A stretch of DNA of 64,000 nt from Candidatus Ozemobacteraceae bacterium (GTDB taxonomy: Bacteria; Muiribacteriota; Ozemobacteria; Ozemobacterales; Ozemobacteraceae): NCBI GenBank assembly GCA_965140445.1, contig OZ223236.1:3808001-3872000 (forward strand). Direction: 5' to 3'. The notes under the pieces are model-generated. The model did not search any database and was not told the origin of the DNA. It saw only the letters and a list, made by a program, of their open reading frames with translations. Both the position numbers and the translations under genes were made by a program. Positions 18,576-28,407 of the stretch are shown here, in pieces; position 1 is the stretch's first letter, and each line of letters opens with the position of its first letter.

Positions 18576-19463
18576 TTAAAACTTAATATCAAATTCTTCC
18601 CCGAAAAGCGGGTTTTCTTCAATGTTTGATGCGGGTGGAACTACAGATTTCCTGGATTTTACGGTCGCACTTGATTTACTGGAAGGAACAGAGTCAAACA
18701 GTCCGCTTCCCCCAAACTCATCTCTTTTAGATTCTGCTTTTGCAACTGGAACAGGTCTTTTAGGCGCTGTAGCAGCTTGCGGTCTGGGTCTGGAAGCAAC
18801 ATTAACAGGTTTTGAAGCAGAAGGTCTGCTTACAACAACTGGTTTTGTATTCTGCTCGTTTTTAACAGCTGCCGGCTGATCAAGTTCAGCCAATTCCCTG
18901 GGACTATGAGATATAAACTGTGGTTTTTTAACAGGTGGGGCTTCATATTTTACAGTTTCAAAATCTTTTACCCGATCCCCGCTCATATCCCAAAGCGTGT
19001 AAAGGGGCATCCAGGGGGATTCGCCCGCAAACTTGTTTCCATTCCTCATGACAAACAAATCGCCTTTTTCCTTCTTTGGCAGCATTGTAGCAACAAAAGG
19101 CTTTTTCCAGCCCGAATCAAAATGCTTTTTCTGTGAATTTAAAATAACCACATACTTGCCGTCTTTTTTCAGAAACTTATCAACGCTGATGTTTCTCTGG
19201 TCTATCATTGAAGAGCCAGGAGCCCAGACAAAAAGCATGTATTTGTCAAAATCTATTCCCGGCATTTGCTCATCGGAGTTGCACTTCTGCCAAAAATTCT
19301 GCAAATCGTAAATATCTGAGATTATAAAAAAAGGTCTTTCAGCAACAAATTCACAATTGTTCCCGCGCCAATCGCGGTATACGTCCAGCTCTTGCGTTTT
19401 AGCATTGGCAAGACCTGTCAGAACAATCAAAAAGAAAATTATAATTGCTGAAAGACGCTTCAT
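18576..19463 (-). CDS. Exported protein with PrcB C-terminal-like domain and low-complexity tail
   Basis: Signal peptide; IISDIYDLQNFW...PGIDFDKYMLF...KPFVATMLPK resembles PrcB_C; Pro/Ala/Ser-rich tail. Confidence 0.6.
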   Translation of the reverse strand: MKRLSAIIIFFLIVLTGLANAKTQELDVYRDWRGNNCEFVAERPFFIISDIYDLQNFWQKCNSDEQMPGIDFDKYMLFVWAPGSSMIDQRNISVDKFLKKDGKYVVILNSQKKHFDSGWKKPFVATMLPKKEKGDLFVMRNGNKFAGESPWMPLYTLWDMSGDRVKDFETVKYEAPPVKKPQFISHSPRELAELDQPAAVKNEQNTKPVVVSRPSASKPVNVASRPRPQAATAPKRPVPVAKAESKRDEFGGSGLFDSVPSSKSSATVKSRKSVVPPASNIEENPLFGEEFDIKF

Positions 19464-19478
19464 TTAAAACTCCAATTT

Positions 19479-20324
19479 CTATCTAATAACAATACCCTCG
19501 GCAGTCGGATAAAGATCAAGACAGTTAAAAACAACTATTGTTGCAAGGATTTCGTGCCATGGTCTGTCTCTCAAAGAACAGTAGAGAGGCATTTTCACAG
19601 GTTTTTCCCAAATCAATCTAACGCCGGTTTTATAGGCAATTTTCTGCAAAACCTGATCCAAAGGTTTACCGTCACTTATAATTGTACCATTTTCATTCAA
19701 TTTTCCAAACCACTCGCTAAGAGTTTTGCTTCTGTAATTTTGAATTCTATCCATGAGAACTTTCCATCCAGTCGCCTGAACATGAACAGGAGCAACAAAA
19801 ATAATGCCATCACGGCCATAGTAACGATGATGAGGAGAAACAACCTTTTCCATCATACCAGGAAGGCCTCTGACGTGGCTTCTAACTACGTTTTGTGCGC
19901 CAGTCTGAAAGTTGCAAATGTAATCTTTTCTATAAGCCAGACCAGCCATTCTGGTTATTTTCCATATTGGCATAGCCTGAGTCCAGATAACATCTGTTCT
20001 ATCTTTAAAGGCCAGGTCAGATTTGGGAAGAAGCACATGATACTGTTTTGAGTTTGGACGATACAAAACTACGCTATCGTGCCTTACAGCTACAACCCTG
20101 AGATCTGTTCCAATCATATAGCCAGATGTTACAAGAATTTCGTGCCCCTTGTAGTTTAACCAGGCCGCTCCATCTTCTCCAAAACTAACAAGTCCCTCAA
20201 CCTCTATCTGATCAGGGTTTGGAACATTTAATCCAAAAGCAACAGCGGGCAAAATAAACAAAATAAACATCAGAGTAAAACATTTAAAAAATCGATTCGA
20301 AAATTTCATAAAAAGTCCTTTCAC
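19479..20324 (-). CDS. Exported protein with PilP/GspC-HR-like domain and secretin N0/STN-like domains
   Basis: IEVEGLV...AAWL...VTSGYMIG..LRVVAVRHDSVVL (HR-like); PLDQVLQKIAYKTGVRLIW...LRDRPWHEILATIV (N0/STN-like). Confidence 0.55.
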   Translation of the reverse strand: MKGLFMKFSNRFFKCFTLMFILFILPAVAFGLNVPNPDQIEVEGLVSFGEDGAAWLNYKGHEILVTSGYMIGTDLRVVAVRHDSVVLYRPNSKQYHVLLPKSDLAFKDRTDVIWTQAMPIWKITRMAGLAYRKDYICNFQTGAQNVVRSHVRGLPGMMEKVVSPHHRYYGRDGIIFVAPVHVQATGWKVLMDRIQNYRSKTLSEWFGKLNENGTIISDGKPLDQVLQKIAYKTGVRLIWEKPVKMPLYCSLRDRPWHEILATIVVFNCLDLYPTAEGIVIR

Positions 20325-20555
20325 AACTTTGTCCGTCCTATTAGTTTAGCACAGAATAAACATACTAAACTATTGTTCTGGTATCAATAATCAAGAAAAA
20401 AAAAGCACCAGCTATCATCCGGACAATTCAAACCTGGATAAACTTACAGATGAGCGAGCGCGCCTTCCCAGAAAACAGTTCTTAAAAGGCATTGCTATGA
20501 AGGCCTAACTGCAATAATATACTTATACATAGAACTTTTTATAGAGGCAAAAAAA

Positions 20556-22694
20556 ATGATCAAATCGATTCGTTTCGCTATTTTTATTCTTTTTACGATA
20601 CTTACAGTTATTCCCCAGGCTAACTGCGAAGTAAAATCAGAAGCTGGAGCAATTATGGAACCACCAGTCGCTAAAATCGAACCAAAAATCACAGAAATGC
20701 ACGGAATCAAGCTGACCGACAACTACAGCTGGTTAAGAGGCAAGGAGAAACCTGAAGTTATTTCTTACCTTGAAGCAGAGAATGCTTTCACCAAGGCAAC
20801 GATGAAGGATACCGAAAAGTTGCAGAAAGATCTCTTTGAAGAAATGAAAGCCAGAATCAAAGAAACCGACTTGTCAGTGCCACAAAAAATAGACAATTAC
20901 ACCTACTACAGCAGAACAGAAGAGGGAAAGCAATATAGAATCCATTGCCGGAAAGCTCTGACAAAAGATGCAAAAGAGGAAATTATCTTTGATGAAAACA
21001 AGTATGCAGAGGGAAAACCATACTTTTCACTCGGAGCATTAAAAATTAGCAGCAACCATAACTTAATTGCATATTCAATCGATTATACAGGTGCCGAAAA
21101 ATTCACCCTTAAGATTATGGATTTAACAACAGGCAAAACCTTCGATGAGGAAATCGCTTCAACCACCTATAGTCTCCAGTGGGCGAACGACAATAAAACC
21201 CTTTTTTATACCTTGATGGATGAAACAGGCAGGTCAAACAGAATTTATCGCCATATACTTGGAACTCCTTCCTCCAAAGATGTTCTGGTCTATGAAGAGA
21301 AAGACGGGCAATTCTGGACAGGAATAGGCAAAACCAAGAACAAAAAATTCCTGATCATAAGCTCCAGCAGCAGCACATCATCTGAAGTTATGATACTGGA
21401 TGCGAATACTCCTGAAGGCGAATTCAAAGTATTTCTGCCACGAGAAAAGAACGTTGAATATGGCCTGGTTCAGCATGAAAACGATTTCTACATACTAACC
21501 AATGAAAATGCAGTCAATTTTAAAGTCATGAAGACTTCAGTTGATAAGCCAGAGAAGAAAGACTGGATTGAGTTTATTCCACATAAACCTGAAACCCTGA
21601 TAGTTGATCTTGAGAGTTTTAAAGATTATCTGGTGATTTATGAGCGCAATGAAGGACTTCAGACCATAAGATATTACGATTTCAAGCAGAAGAAATTTCG
21701 TAATATAGACTTTGATGAACCCGCATATAGTGTTTCGGCAGGATCAAATCCTGAATATGAAACAAAACTATTGAGATATCATTACACTTCACTTACAACT
21801 CCTGAAAGCGTCTTTGACTTTGATTTAGAAACGGCTCAAGCAAAGTTGTTAAAACGCTACGAAGTTCTGGGAGATTTCGATTCCTTAAATTATCAATCAG
21901 AAAGAATTTTCGCTATTGCTTCTGATGGAACAAAAATCCCGATTTCAATTGTTTACAGAAAAGATAAGCAGAAAAAAGAAGGAAACCCACTGTATCTTAC
22001 CGCATACGGTTCCTATGGCTCATCTTATGATCCTTACTTTTCTTCCATTAGATTAAGCCTGCTGGACAGAGGTTTTATTTATGCCATAGCACACATTAGA
22101 GGCGGCCAGGAAATGGGTCGGCCATGGTATGATAACGGAAAGCTTCTTAACAAAATGAATACTTTCACAGACTTCATTTCATGTGCCGAGCATTTGATAA
22201 AAGAAGGCTTCACCACAACCCCACAACTTGCCATAAATGGCGGGAGTGCCGGCGGTTTGCTTATGGGCGCAGTGACCAACATGCGTCCCGACCTTTTCGG
22301 AGTGGTAATTGCTGACGTTCCATTCGTTGACGTAATGAACACCATGCTTGACCCAAGCCTGCCATTGGTTAGAGAAGAATACGAAGAATGGGGAAATCCG
22401 AACAAAAAAGAGTATTTTGAATACATGCTCTCATACTCGCCTTATGACAATGTTAAAGCGGCAGATTACCCACAAATGCTTGTTACAGCCGGGCTTAATG
22501 ATCCAAGAGTTTCATACTGGGAACCGGCCAAACTTGTAGCAAAGCTAAGAGCAATGAAAACTGACAATAACATTTTGTTACTCAAAACCAATATGGATGC
22601 AGGACACGCCGGTGCCTCCGGAAGATACGATTACATTAAGGAAATAGCTTTTGAATATGCGTTTATTCTTAAATATTTGAATCTTATTAAATAA
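20556..22694 (+). CDS. ptrB: Oligopeptidase B (S9A peptidase) with signal peptide
   Basis: DNYSWLR, YLEAEN, YGSYG, AHIRGG, GGSAGG (Ser), NDPRV (Asp), AGHAG (His). Confidence 0.95.
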   Translation: MIKSIRFAIFILFTILTVIPQANCEVKSEAGAIMEPPVAKIEPKITEMHGIKLTDNYSWLRGKEKPEVISYLEAENAFTKATMKDTEKLQKDLFEEMKARIKETDLSVPQKIDNYTYYSRTEEGKQYRIHCRKALTKDAKEEIIFDENKYAEGKPYFSLGALKISSNHNLIAYSIDYTGAEKFTLKIMDLTTGKTFDEEIASTTYSLQWANDNKTLFYTLMDETGRSNRIYRHILGTPSSKDVLVYEEKDGQFWTGIGKTKNKKFLIISSSSSTSSEVMILDANTPEGEFKVFLPREKNVEYGLVQHENDFYILTNENAVNFKVMKTSVDKPEKKDWIEFIPHKPETLIVDLESFKDYLVIYERNEGLQTIRYYDFKQKKFRNIDFDEPAYSVSAGSNPEYETKLLRYHYTSLTTPESVFDFDLETAQAKLLKRYEVLGDFDSLNYQSERIFAIASDGTKIPISIVYRKDKQKKEGNPLYLTAYGSYGSSYDPYFSSIRLSLLDRGFIYAIAHIRGGQEMGRPWYDNGKLLNKMNTFTDFISCAEHLIKEGFTTTPQLAINGGSAGGLLMGAVTNMRPDLFGVVIADVPFVDVMNTMLDPSLPLVREEYEEWGNPNKKEYFEYMLSYSPYDNVKAADYPQMLVTAGLNDPRVSYWEPAKLVAKLRAMKTDNNILLLKTNMDAGHAGASGRYDYIKEIAFEYAFILKYLNLIK

Positions 22695-22710
22695 CCTTAT
22701 ATGTTTTAAT

Positions 22711-22751
22711 AAAAAAGTCCCCCGCAAGTGCTTTGCGGGGGACTTTTTTTT
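22711..22751. terminator. Bidirectional Rho-independent terminator
   Basis: AAAAAAGTCCCCCGCAA / TTGCGGGGGACTTTTTT between convergent genes. Confidence 0.9.
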
Positions 22752-22799
22752 ATGCTTCTATGCCTGAAGTTTAATGTTCAAAGCTTTCTGGAAACACCT

Positions 22800-23132
22800 T
22801 TATGCAGGCGTAACCTCAATTATTTCGTTCATCTTTGTCATAGTAAAGAGCTTCATCACCAGTTCATTACAGTTCTTCACTTTCAATTGCTGATTTTCCC
22901 CTCTGGTTTTGAAAAAATCTGCATAAAAAGCGAAAATAGATAAACCAGCACTTGAAATAAAATCAATGTTGGCAAGATCAAATACCAGATTTGAAAATTC
23001 ACCAGCATTAACAACATTTAATTCGTATTTGAGTTGCTCGGTTGCTTGCTGATCCATTTCTCCAAACAAATGGACAATAAGGGTAGAATTATCTTCCTCA
23101 AACAACTCAATTTTTAAACAGCTTCTATTCAA
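22800..23132 (-). CDS. STAS-domain anti-sigma factor antagonist
   Basis: LFGEMD, VFDLANIDFISSAGL (phospho-Ser motif). Confidence 0.88.
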   Translation of the reverse strand: MNRSCLKIELFEEDNSTLIVHLFGEMDQQATEQLKYELNVVNAGEFSNLVFDLANIDFISSAGLSIFAFYADFFKTRGENQQLKVKNCNELVMKLFTMTKMNEIIEVTPA

Positions 23133-23141
23133 CTGATACTC

Positions 23142-23375
23142 CTAAAGGCCAATTGCTTTACCAATTATAACAGATGTCAAACCGACGACTCCTGCAGCAA
23201 ATGGCGTGCTACAACGTTTGTAATCAACAGCAAAGGTATAATAAATACTCATGATTGGAAAAAACAGTAAAACCATCATTCCAACCAACAGATCTTTTTT
23301 TAATGCTTCACCAACTATCCAGAGAAAGCTGAGCATAAGAGCCAGAAGTCCGAACAAAACAAAAATTGCTGCCAT
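23142..23375 (-). CDS. Small membrane protein
   Basis: 77 aa, three hydrophobic segments, GGGGAG RBS, operonic position. Confidence 0.7.
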   Translation of the reverse strand: MAAIFVLFGLLALMLSFLWIVGEALKKDLLVGMMVLLFFPIMSIYYTFAVDYKRCSTPFAAGVVGLTSVIIGKAIGL

Positions 23376-23384
23376 TTTTCTCCC

Positions 23385-24710
23385 CTATTTCTTACAGCTT
23401 GAATTACTACATTCCGGGCTTTGTCCACTGCAGGAAAAGCAACTCTTGCGACCCAAATTACCTGCCTGCCACTCGGGAGATTCCTTTAGAGCCATCAAAA
23501 CCAAACGCAATCCTTCGAGATAATGGGAAGGACGAATTTTCATTCGTTGTTCCTGTGGTCCCAAGTCTGGATAACCGTTCTCGTCTGCGGTCAAAAGCTC
23601 CCAATTATCAAACAATCTTCCCCAGGGTGAATTTTTAAGTATTTTGTATAGTTTACTTTTTCCAACCAGGGGATACCAATATAAGTCATGGAAAACAACA
23701 GATGCAATATAGGCCCATGGAGCAAGCCAAGTCTTCAAAGACCATTCAATAGGCTTTTTCAATGGCCCCCAGTAAATTTTGTGCTGCTGACGTGACGCAA
23801 AAGTCATTTCTTTAAAAGGACCATTGAAATGCCATTTTTCGTTCAATGCTTCAACATCTCCAACGATTTCAATATCCTCAAAGTTTCCGCAGCCTAAACC
23901 TCTTTCGTGAGCAAGACGAATGAATTTACAATCTTTAAGAGGATCGAATCCCATTAATTTTGCAGCAACGGTATCAATAGCAACCTGATCTGAGGATGCC
24001 AGAATAACGTTCTTTGAATGCGGGTCCATACATCTTGGCCCAGGACCATCTCCAGCAAAAGTTCCATCCATAACAGCAAATACTCCAGGATGAATCTTTT
24101 TCTGGATCATGAGTAAATCCACCAGAGTTTCGTGAATTACTGGATGAGTCCAATGTCTATGCTCATTTAGCAAACCACCAAAAGCATTCTTCATTGCGCC
24201 TGTAGTTGTTGTAAAAACATGTGTTTTAACTGTTGGCAGATGAATAATATTTTCACCTATAAAGCGCTTTGGAATAGAAAAGCCTTTCGGATAAACCTCG
24301 TTTAAACAAAGGAAATCCTTTGCCAGATCTCCAACTGCATCATGGATATTTATCCACTCTTCACCTTCATACAGATGAACATTTCGGAGACCATGAGCTT
24401 TTACCACATCAATTTGCTTGTTTTCACGTTCCCCAAGATGACTATCAATAACTACAGTTCTGTTATGACAACCATGGATCAAATCTGGGTTGTAACCATC
24501 TTTTTTCATGGCACGGATTACACCTTCAAGCTGCCAGGGAGTAGTTGAGGCACCAGGAAAGAAAAAATGCCATGAAATATTTATTTTTAAAGCAGTATCA
24601 GCGTCTTTTGAAATTGTCTGCTGATAATCAGCAAGATTCATTAACCGGTGATAATCTTTAAGAACTGTAGCTGGAGTGGTTTTTAGGATTGCAACTTTTG
24701 ATTTAGCCAT
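23385..24710 (-). CDS. DUF362 domain protein
   Basis: LKINISWH, TTPWQLEG, LPTVKTH, TGAMKNAFG, GDGPGP, DQVAID. Confidence 0.85.
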   Translation of the reverse strand: MAKSKVAILKTTPATVLKDYHRLMNLADYQQTISKDADTALKINISWHFFFPGASTTPWQLEGVIRAMKKDGYNPDLIHGCHNRTVVIDSHLGERENKQIDVVKAHGLRNVHLYEGEEWINIHDAVGDLAKDFLCLNEVYPKGFSIPKRFIGENIIHLPTVKTHVFTTTTGAMKNAFGGLLNEHRHWTHPVIHETLVDLLMIQKKIHPGVFAVMDGTFAGDGPGPRCMDPHSKNVILASSDQVAIDTVAAKLMGFDPLKDCKFIRLAHERGLGCGNFEDIEIVGDVEALNEKWHFNGPFKEMTFASRQQHKIYWGPLKKPIEWSLKTWLAPWAYIASVVFHDLYWYPLVGKSKLYKILKNSPWGRLFDNWELLTADENGYPDLGPQEQRMKIRPSHYLEGLRLVLMALKESPEWQAGNLGRKSCFSCSGQSPECSNSSCKK

Positions 24711-24886
24711 CAGAAACCTCTTTTTTCATTTTCACAATTATAGGTTTCTCAGGCAAAAACTTCAACAAAAGCATTTAAAGTTAAGCAAGAAGTTTAACTA
24801 GCATAAACGGGAATAAAATCCCTCTTATAGAAAACCTTTATTCTTGTTTTCTGATATAATAAAAGAAAAAAATTGGGGGAGCTGAG

Positions 24887-25798
24887 ATGAAAATTTTAGT
24901 CTTCGGCGGAACACGCTTTTTTGGCAGGCACCTGATAAATTGTCTTTTAGATCATGGGCATGAAGTTACAGTCGCCACAAGAGGTAATGAAGAGTTAAAT
25001 TTCGCTGCCTCAGTTTCGCATCATAAAATTGACAGAACGAATGAAGCGTCATTGATCAGGCTTGCTCAAGCAACTGGGGATTTTGATCTAATCTATGACC
25101 AGATATGCTTTTCTCCAATAGAAGCTAAATTGCTCTGTGACAACTTTGCAGGCAAAACTGGAAGACTCATCTTCACTTCCTCTCAATCAGTTTATAACTA
25201 CGGGAAAAATCAATCTGAATCCAGCTTTGATCCCTTTAAACTGGAGATAGAAATGAAGCCAATGGAAAAACTTGGTTATGCTGCAGCCAAACGACATTCT
25301 GAAGCTTACTATTTCCAAAGGAGCCCATTTGATGTGGTTGCGGTTAGATTTCCGCTGGTTCTGGGCACCGATGACTATACGGGAAGACTAAGTTTTCATG
25401 TAAAAAAGATCATTAATCAAAAACCAATTTATTTCCCGGATCTTAAGGCAAAAATCTCAATGATAGACTCTAAAAGTGCGGGAAAATTTTTGTGCTGGTT
25501 AAGCTCAAACAATATCCAGGGGCCCATAAATGCATGCTCCACAGGAGACCTGTCACTTGAAGAGCTTCTAAACATGATTGAAAAAGCAACCGGAAAAAAA
25601 GCAATACTCACCAACGTACAAGATGATCCAGCCACATCTCCGTATGGAATAGAAAACGATTGCACAATGGATTCCAGCAGAGCTGTAAACGCTGGGTTCG
25701 AGTTCGACGAGATCCACAACTGGTTGCCAAAATTGATAGAAAACGAGGTTGAGACAATCCTTAAAACCTCAGCAGCGGCTGCAGTAGCTGAAAGCTAA
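24887..25798 (+). CDS. NAD-dependent epimerase/dehydratase family (atypical SDR)
   Basis: GGTRFFG, ATRG, TSSQSVY, YAAAK. Confidence 0.88.
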   Translation: MKILVFGGTRFFGRHLINCLLDHGHEVTVATRGNEELNFAASVSHHKIDRTNEASLIRLAQATGDFDLIYDQICFSPIEAKLLCDNFAGKTGRLIFTSSQSVYNYGKNQSESSFDPFKLEIEMKPMEKLGYAAAKRHSEAYYFQRSPFDVVAVRFPLVLGTDDYTGRLSFHVKKIINQKPIYFPDLKAKISMIDSKSAGKFLCWLSSNNIQGPINACSTGDLSLEELLNMIEKATGKKAILTNVQDDPATSPYGIENDCTMDSSRAVNAGFEFDEIHNWLPKLIENEVETILKTSAAAAVAES

Positions 25799-25806
25799 CT
25801 AATAGT

Positions 25807-26703
25807 ATGCTTCTGAAAAAATACGAGCACTCAGGCAAACTAGGCATAAGCGTGCCGCTGATAATTCTCGCAGGAATTTCCGGAGCAGCTGTTTTAGCAG
25901 CAATTTACTCTGCCTCAGTTGTTTATATTCCCATTGGCGGTTCAATAAATTTTGTTTTTACCTTCCTTTTCGCCTTGGGATTAGGCTATATGAACTCCTG
26001 GCTTGGCTACCTGGGAAAGTGCAGAAACCCTTTTATTCTTGGCATAATGGGGTTAGGAACCGGGCTAATCGGCTTATACTGGTCATGGTGTTTTTTTATT
26101 GTCTTTCTATTTGAGAAAAATGCCATTCCGGGTATTACTGCGACTGCAATAGCCACATCGCCCAGCGTGCTTTTTGATATCATAAGGAATATAAACGCCA
26201 CAGGCTGGTTTTCCATAAAAGGCGCGACCCCTTCAGGCGTTCTTCTCTGGGTTCTGTGGTTAATTGAAGCACTCGTTGTTTTATTCTTTGCGTTTGATGC
26301 CTCATCTAAGAAAATTGTTGATAGAGTTTTTTGTGAAAACTGCAATGAATGGGCACATGAAGCAAAAGGAATTGATCTGGATTTACCTGAAAATAATGAA
26401 GAATTCCAGGCGCTTTTAAATGGAGATGTAGAAGTAATAAAAAATTCAAATCAGGTTGAAGGGGATTTTTTTCCCAGAATGCAATTGCTGCCAATTTCTT
26501 GCAACTCATGCTCAAATACACAGGGAGTTAGAATGATGCTGGCCAGCCTTGAACAAAATGAAGAAGGTAAATTCACAGAAAAAGTTTCAAATCTTACCGG
26601 ACCATTTTTAGCAGATAAAGACTGTTTCCAGGAATTGCTGGACATGGACAAAGCCCCGTTTAGAGAGATTGAAGAGCAAGCAGAGGAAACTGAGGAAGAA
26701 TAG
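25807..26703 (+). CDS. Hypothetical membrane protein with two CxxC motifs
   Basis: Several TM segments; FCENCNEW and CNSC. Confidence 0.75.
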   Translation: MLLKKYEHSGKLGISVPLIILAGISGAAVLAAIYSASVVYIPIGGSINFVFTFLFALGLGYMNSWLGYLGKCRNPFILGIMGLGTGLIGLYWSWCFFIVFLFEKNAIPGITATAIATSPSVLFDIIRNINATGWFSIKGATPSGVLLWVLWLIEALVVLFFAFDASSKKIVDRVFCENCNEWAHEAKGIDLDLPENNEEFQALLNGDVEVIKNSNQVEGDFFPRMQLLPISCNSCSNTQGVRMMLASLEQNEEGKFTEKVSNLTGPFLADKDCFQELLDMDKAPFREIEEQAEETEEE

Positions 26704-26769
26704 GCTGGCAGATTCAGAAATTTCAACCAATCTTTACCTAATAAAGCCAATCTGGTAAGCTTTTATTCA

Positions 26770-27357
26770 ATGCAAATTTCCAGAATCCTTATTTTGTACT
26801 TAATTTTGTTCTGTGGCGTTAGCTCCCAGGTAAATTGTGAAACATTTCAACCTGAGATAGATCGTCTATTCTCAAAATTTTGCAAAAATCTAACTTCTGA
26901 GCAACTCGCACCGAATTCATGTTTAGAAACCTCTACAAACTTCTATTCTTTTTTAATGGATGAAAAGTTTGATACGTTTGGACTCAGAATTGTATTTATG
27001 GCGCGAGCACCCAGGGGACAAAAAATCTATAAAATTAATGTAAACGACAATTTCCTCTCAAACAAAGCAGTTAAAGCAAAAAATAGAATTTGCCATGCTT
27101 TCATCAATTTTGATGGAACAGTTTTTGATCCATATTATAAAAATTCTCCATGTAGCATTGAAAAATATTTCAAAGAATTCTGGTCCCAGGAAGATCACCT
27201 TAACGAACTATGGCTATTTTCAATCAGACTTAAAGATTTTCCAGATTTTGCTGGCTTCAGCCAAAAAGATGCAACTCCAAAACTCATGAAATTTATCCCG
27301 GTTGATTACAAATTTTTAATTGAAAATCCTCATCATCTATCAAAGAGAAAACCATAA
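26770..27357 (+). CDS. Exported hypothetical protein, possible papain-like Cys-His-Asp hydrolase
   Basis: Signal peptide; NSCLET, CHAF, VFDPY. Confidence 0.55.
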   Translation: MQISRILILYLILFCGVSSQVNCETFQPEIDRLFSKFCKNLTSEQLAPNSCLETSTNFYSFLMDEKFDTFGLRIVFMARAPRGQKIYKINVNDNFLSNKAVKAKNRICHAFINFDGTVFDPYYKNSPCSIEKYFKEFWSQEDHLNELWLFSIRLKDFPDFAGFSQKDATPKLMKFIPVDYKFLIENPHHLSKRKP

Positions 27358-28406
27358 TGAAACAAATTTTTGAACAAATTCTAATAAGCCCGCACCACAC
27401 AGTCCTGGAAACCCTAAAAATTATTGATGACGCAGCTTTAGAGATAGCTTTGGTTGTTGATGAATCAGGACGACTACTTGGAACTGTTACAGATGGTGAT
27501 ATCAGGCGCGGGTTAATTCGTGGTATTTCGCTGGAAACAAGCATCGATGTTCTTATGAACAAAAACCCGGTAACGGCCAATCAATCTGTTCCTGATGATG
27601 AGTTAATGTTTACCATGACCAGCTTTTCCATAAAACATTTACCTATAATTTCATCAGATAACAAAATTGTAAAACTCGTTTTACTTAAAGATCTCTTTTC
27701 CAGAAAAACCAGACCGAATCTGGCAGTAATTATGGCTGGGGGGCTTGGTTCCCGACTTGGGCCTCTAACCAAAAACACACCAAAGCCTTTGCTCAACGTA
27801 GGCGACAAACCATTGCTGTCAACTACAGTAGAACAACTTTCGAGACACGGAATAGAGAAGGTTTTTATCTCAATAAATTACAAGGCAGATCGAATCAAAG
27901 AATATTTTGCAGAAAATCCAGCTTCTGGAATAGAAGTCAATTTTCTGGAAGAAAAGGAATTTCTGGGAACTGCAGGAGCGATTTCATTGCTTCCTGAAGA
28001 ACCGTCTGCGCCTTTTATTGTAATGAACGGTGACATAGTATCTCCAATTAATTTTGGTAATCTACTCGACTACCATCAGGCATCGAATAAATCTATGACT
28101 CTATGCACACGGGAATTCAATTTTCAAATTCCATATGGCGTGGTAAGGCTTAGAGGAAACGAACTTGAAAGCATGCAGGAAAAACCGGAGCATACGATAA
28201 TCATTAATGCAGGAATTTACGTTTTAAATCCAGAAGTAAAGCAGCTTGTGCCTGAAAATACCAGTATTGATATGCCGGATTTGATTGAAAAGGTTATGAA
28301 AGAGCAATCAGGGGCAGCCTGTTTTCCTGTTGCAGATTTCTGGCTGGACATCGGAAATCCCAAAGATTATAGTAAGGCTCAGGAAGCCTTCGCAAAGTTG
28401 AAATAA
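27357..28406 (+). CDS. CBS-domain sugar-1-phosphate nucleotidyltransferase (PtmE-like)
   Basis: GTVTDGDIRRG CBS pair; MAGGLGSRL...PKPLL, LGTAG, VMNGD, WLDIG. Confidence 0.92.
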   Translation: MKQIFEQILISPHHTVLETLKIIDDAALEIALVVDESGRLLGTVTDGDIRRGLIRGISLETSIDVLMNKNPVTANQSVPDDELMFTMTSFSIKHLPIISSDNKIVKLVLLKDLFSRKTRPNLAVIMAGGLGSRLGPLTKNTPKPLLNVGDKPLLSTTVEQLSRHGIEKVFISINYKADRIKEYFAENPASGIEVNFLEEKEFLGTAGAISLLPEEPSAPFIVMNGDIVSPINFGNLLDYHQASNKSMTLCTREFNFQIPYGVVRLRGNELESMQEKPEHTIIINAGIYVLNPEVKQLVPENTSIDMPDLIEKVMKEQSGAACFPVADFWLDIGNPKDYSKAQEAFAKLK

Positions 28407-28407
28407 C

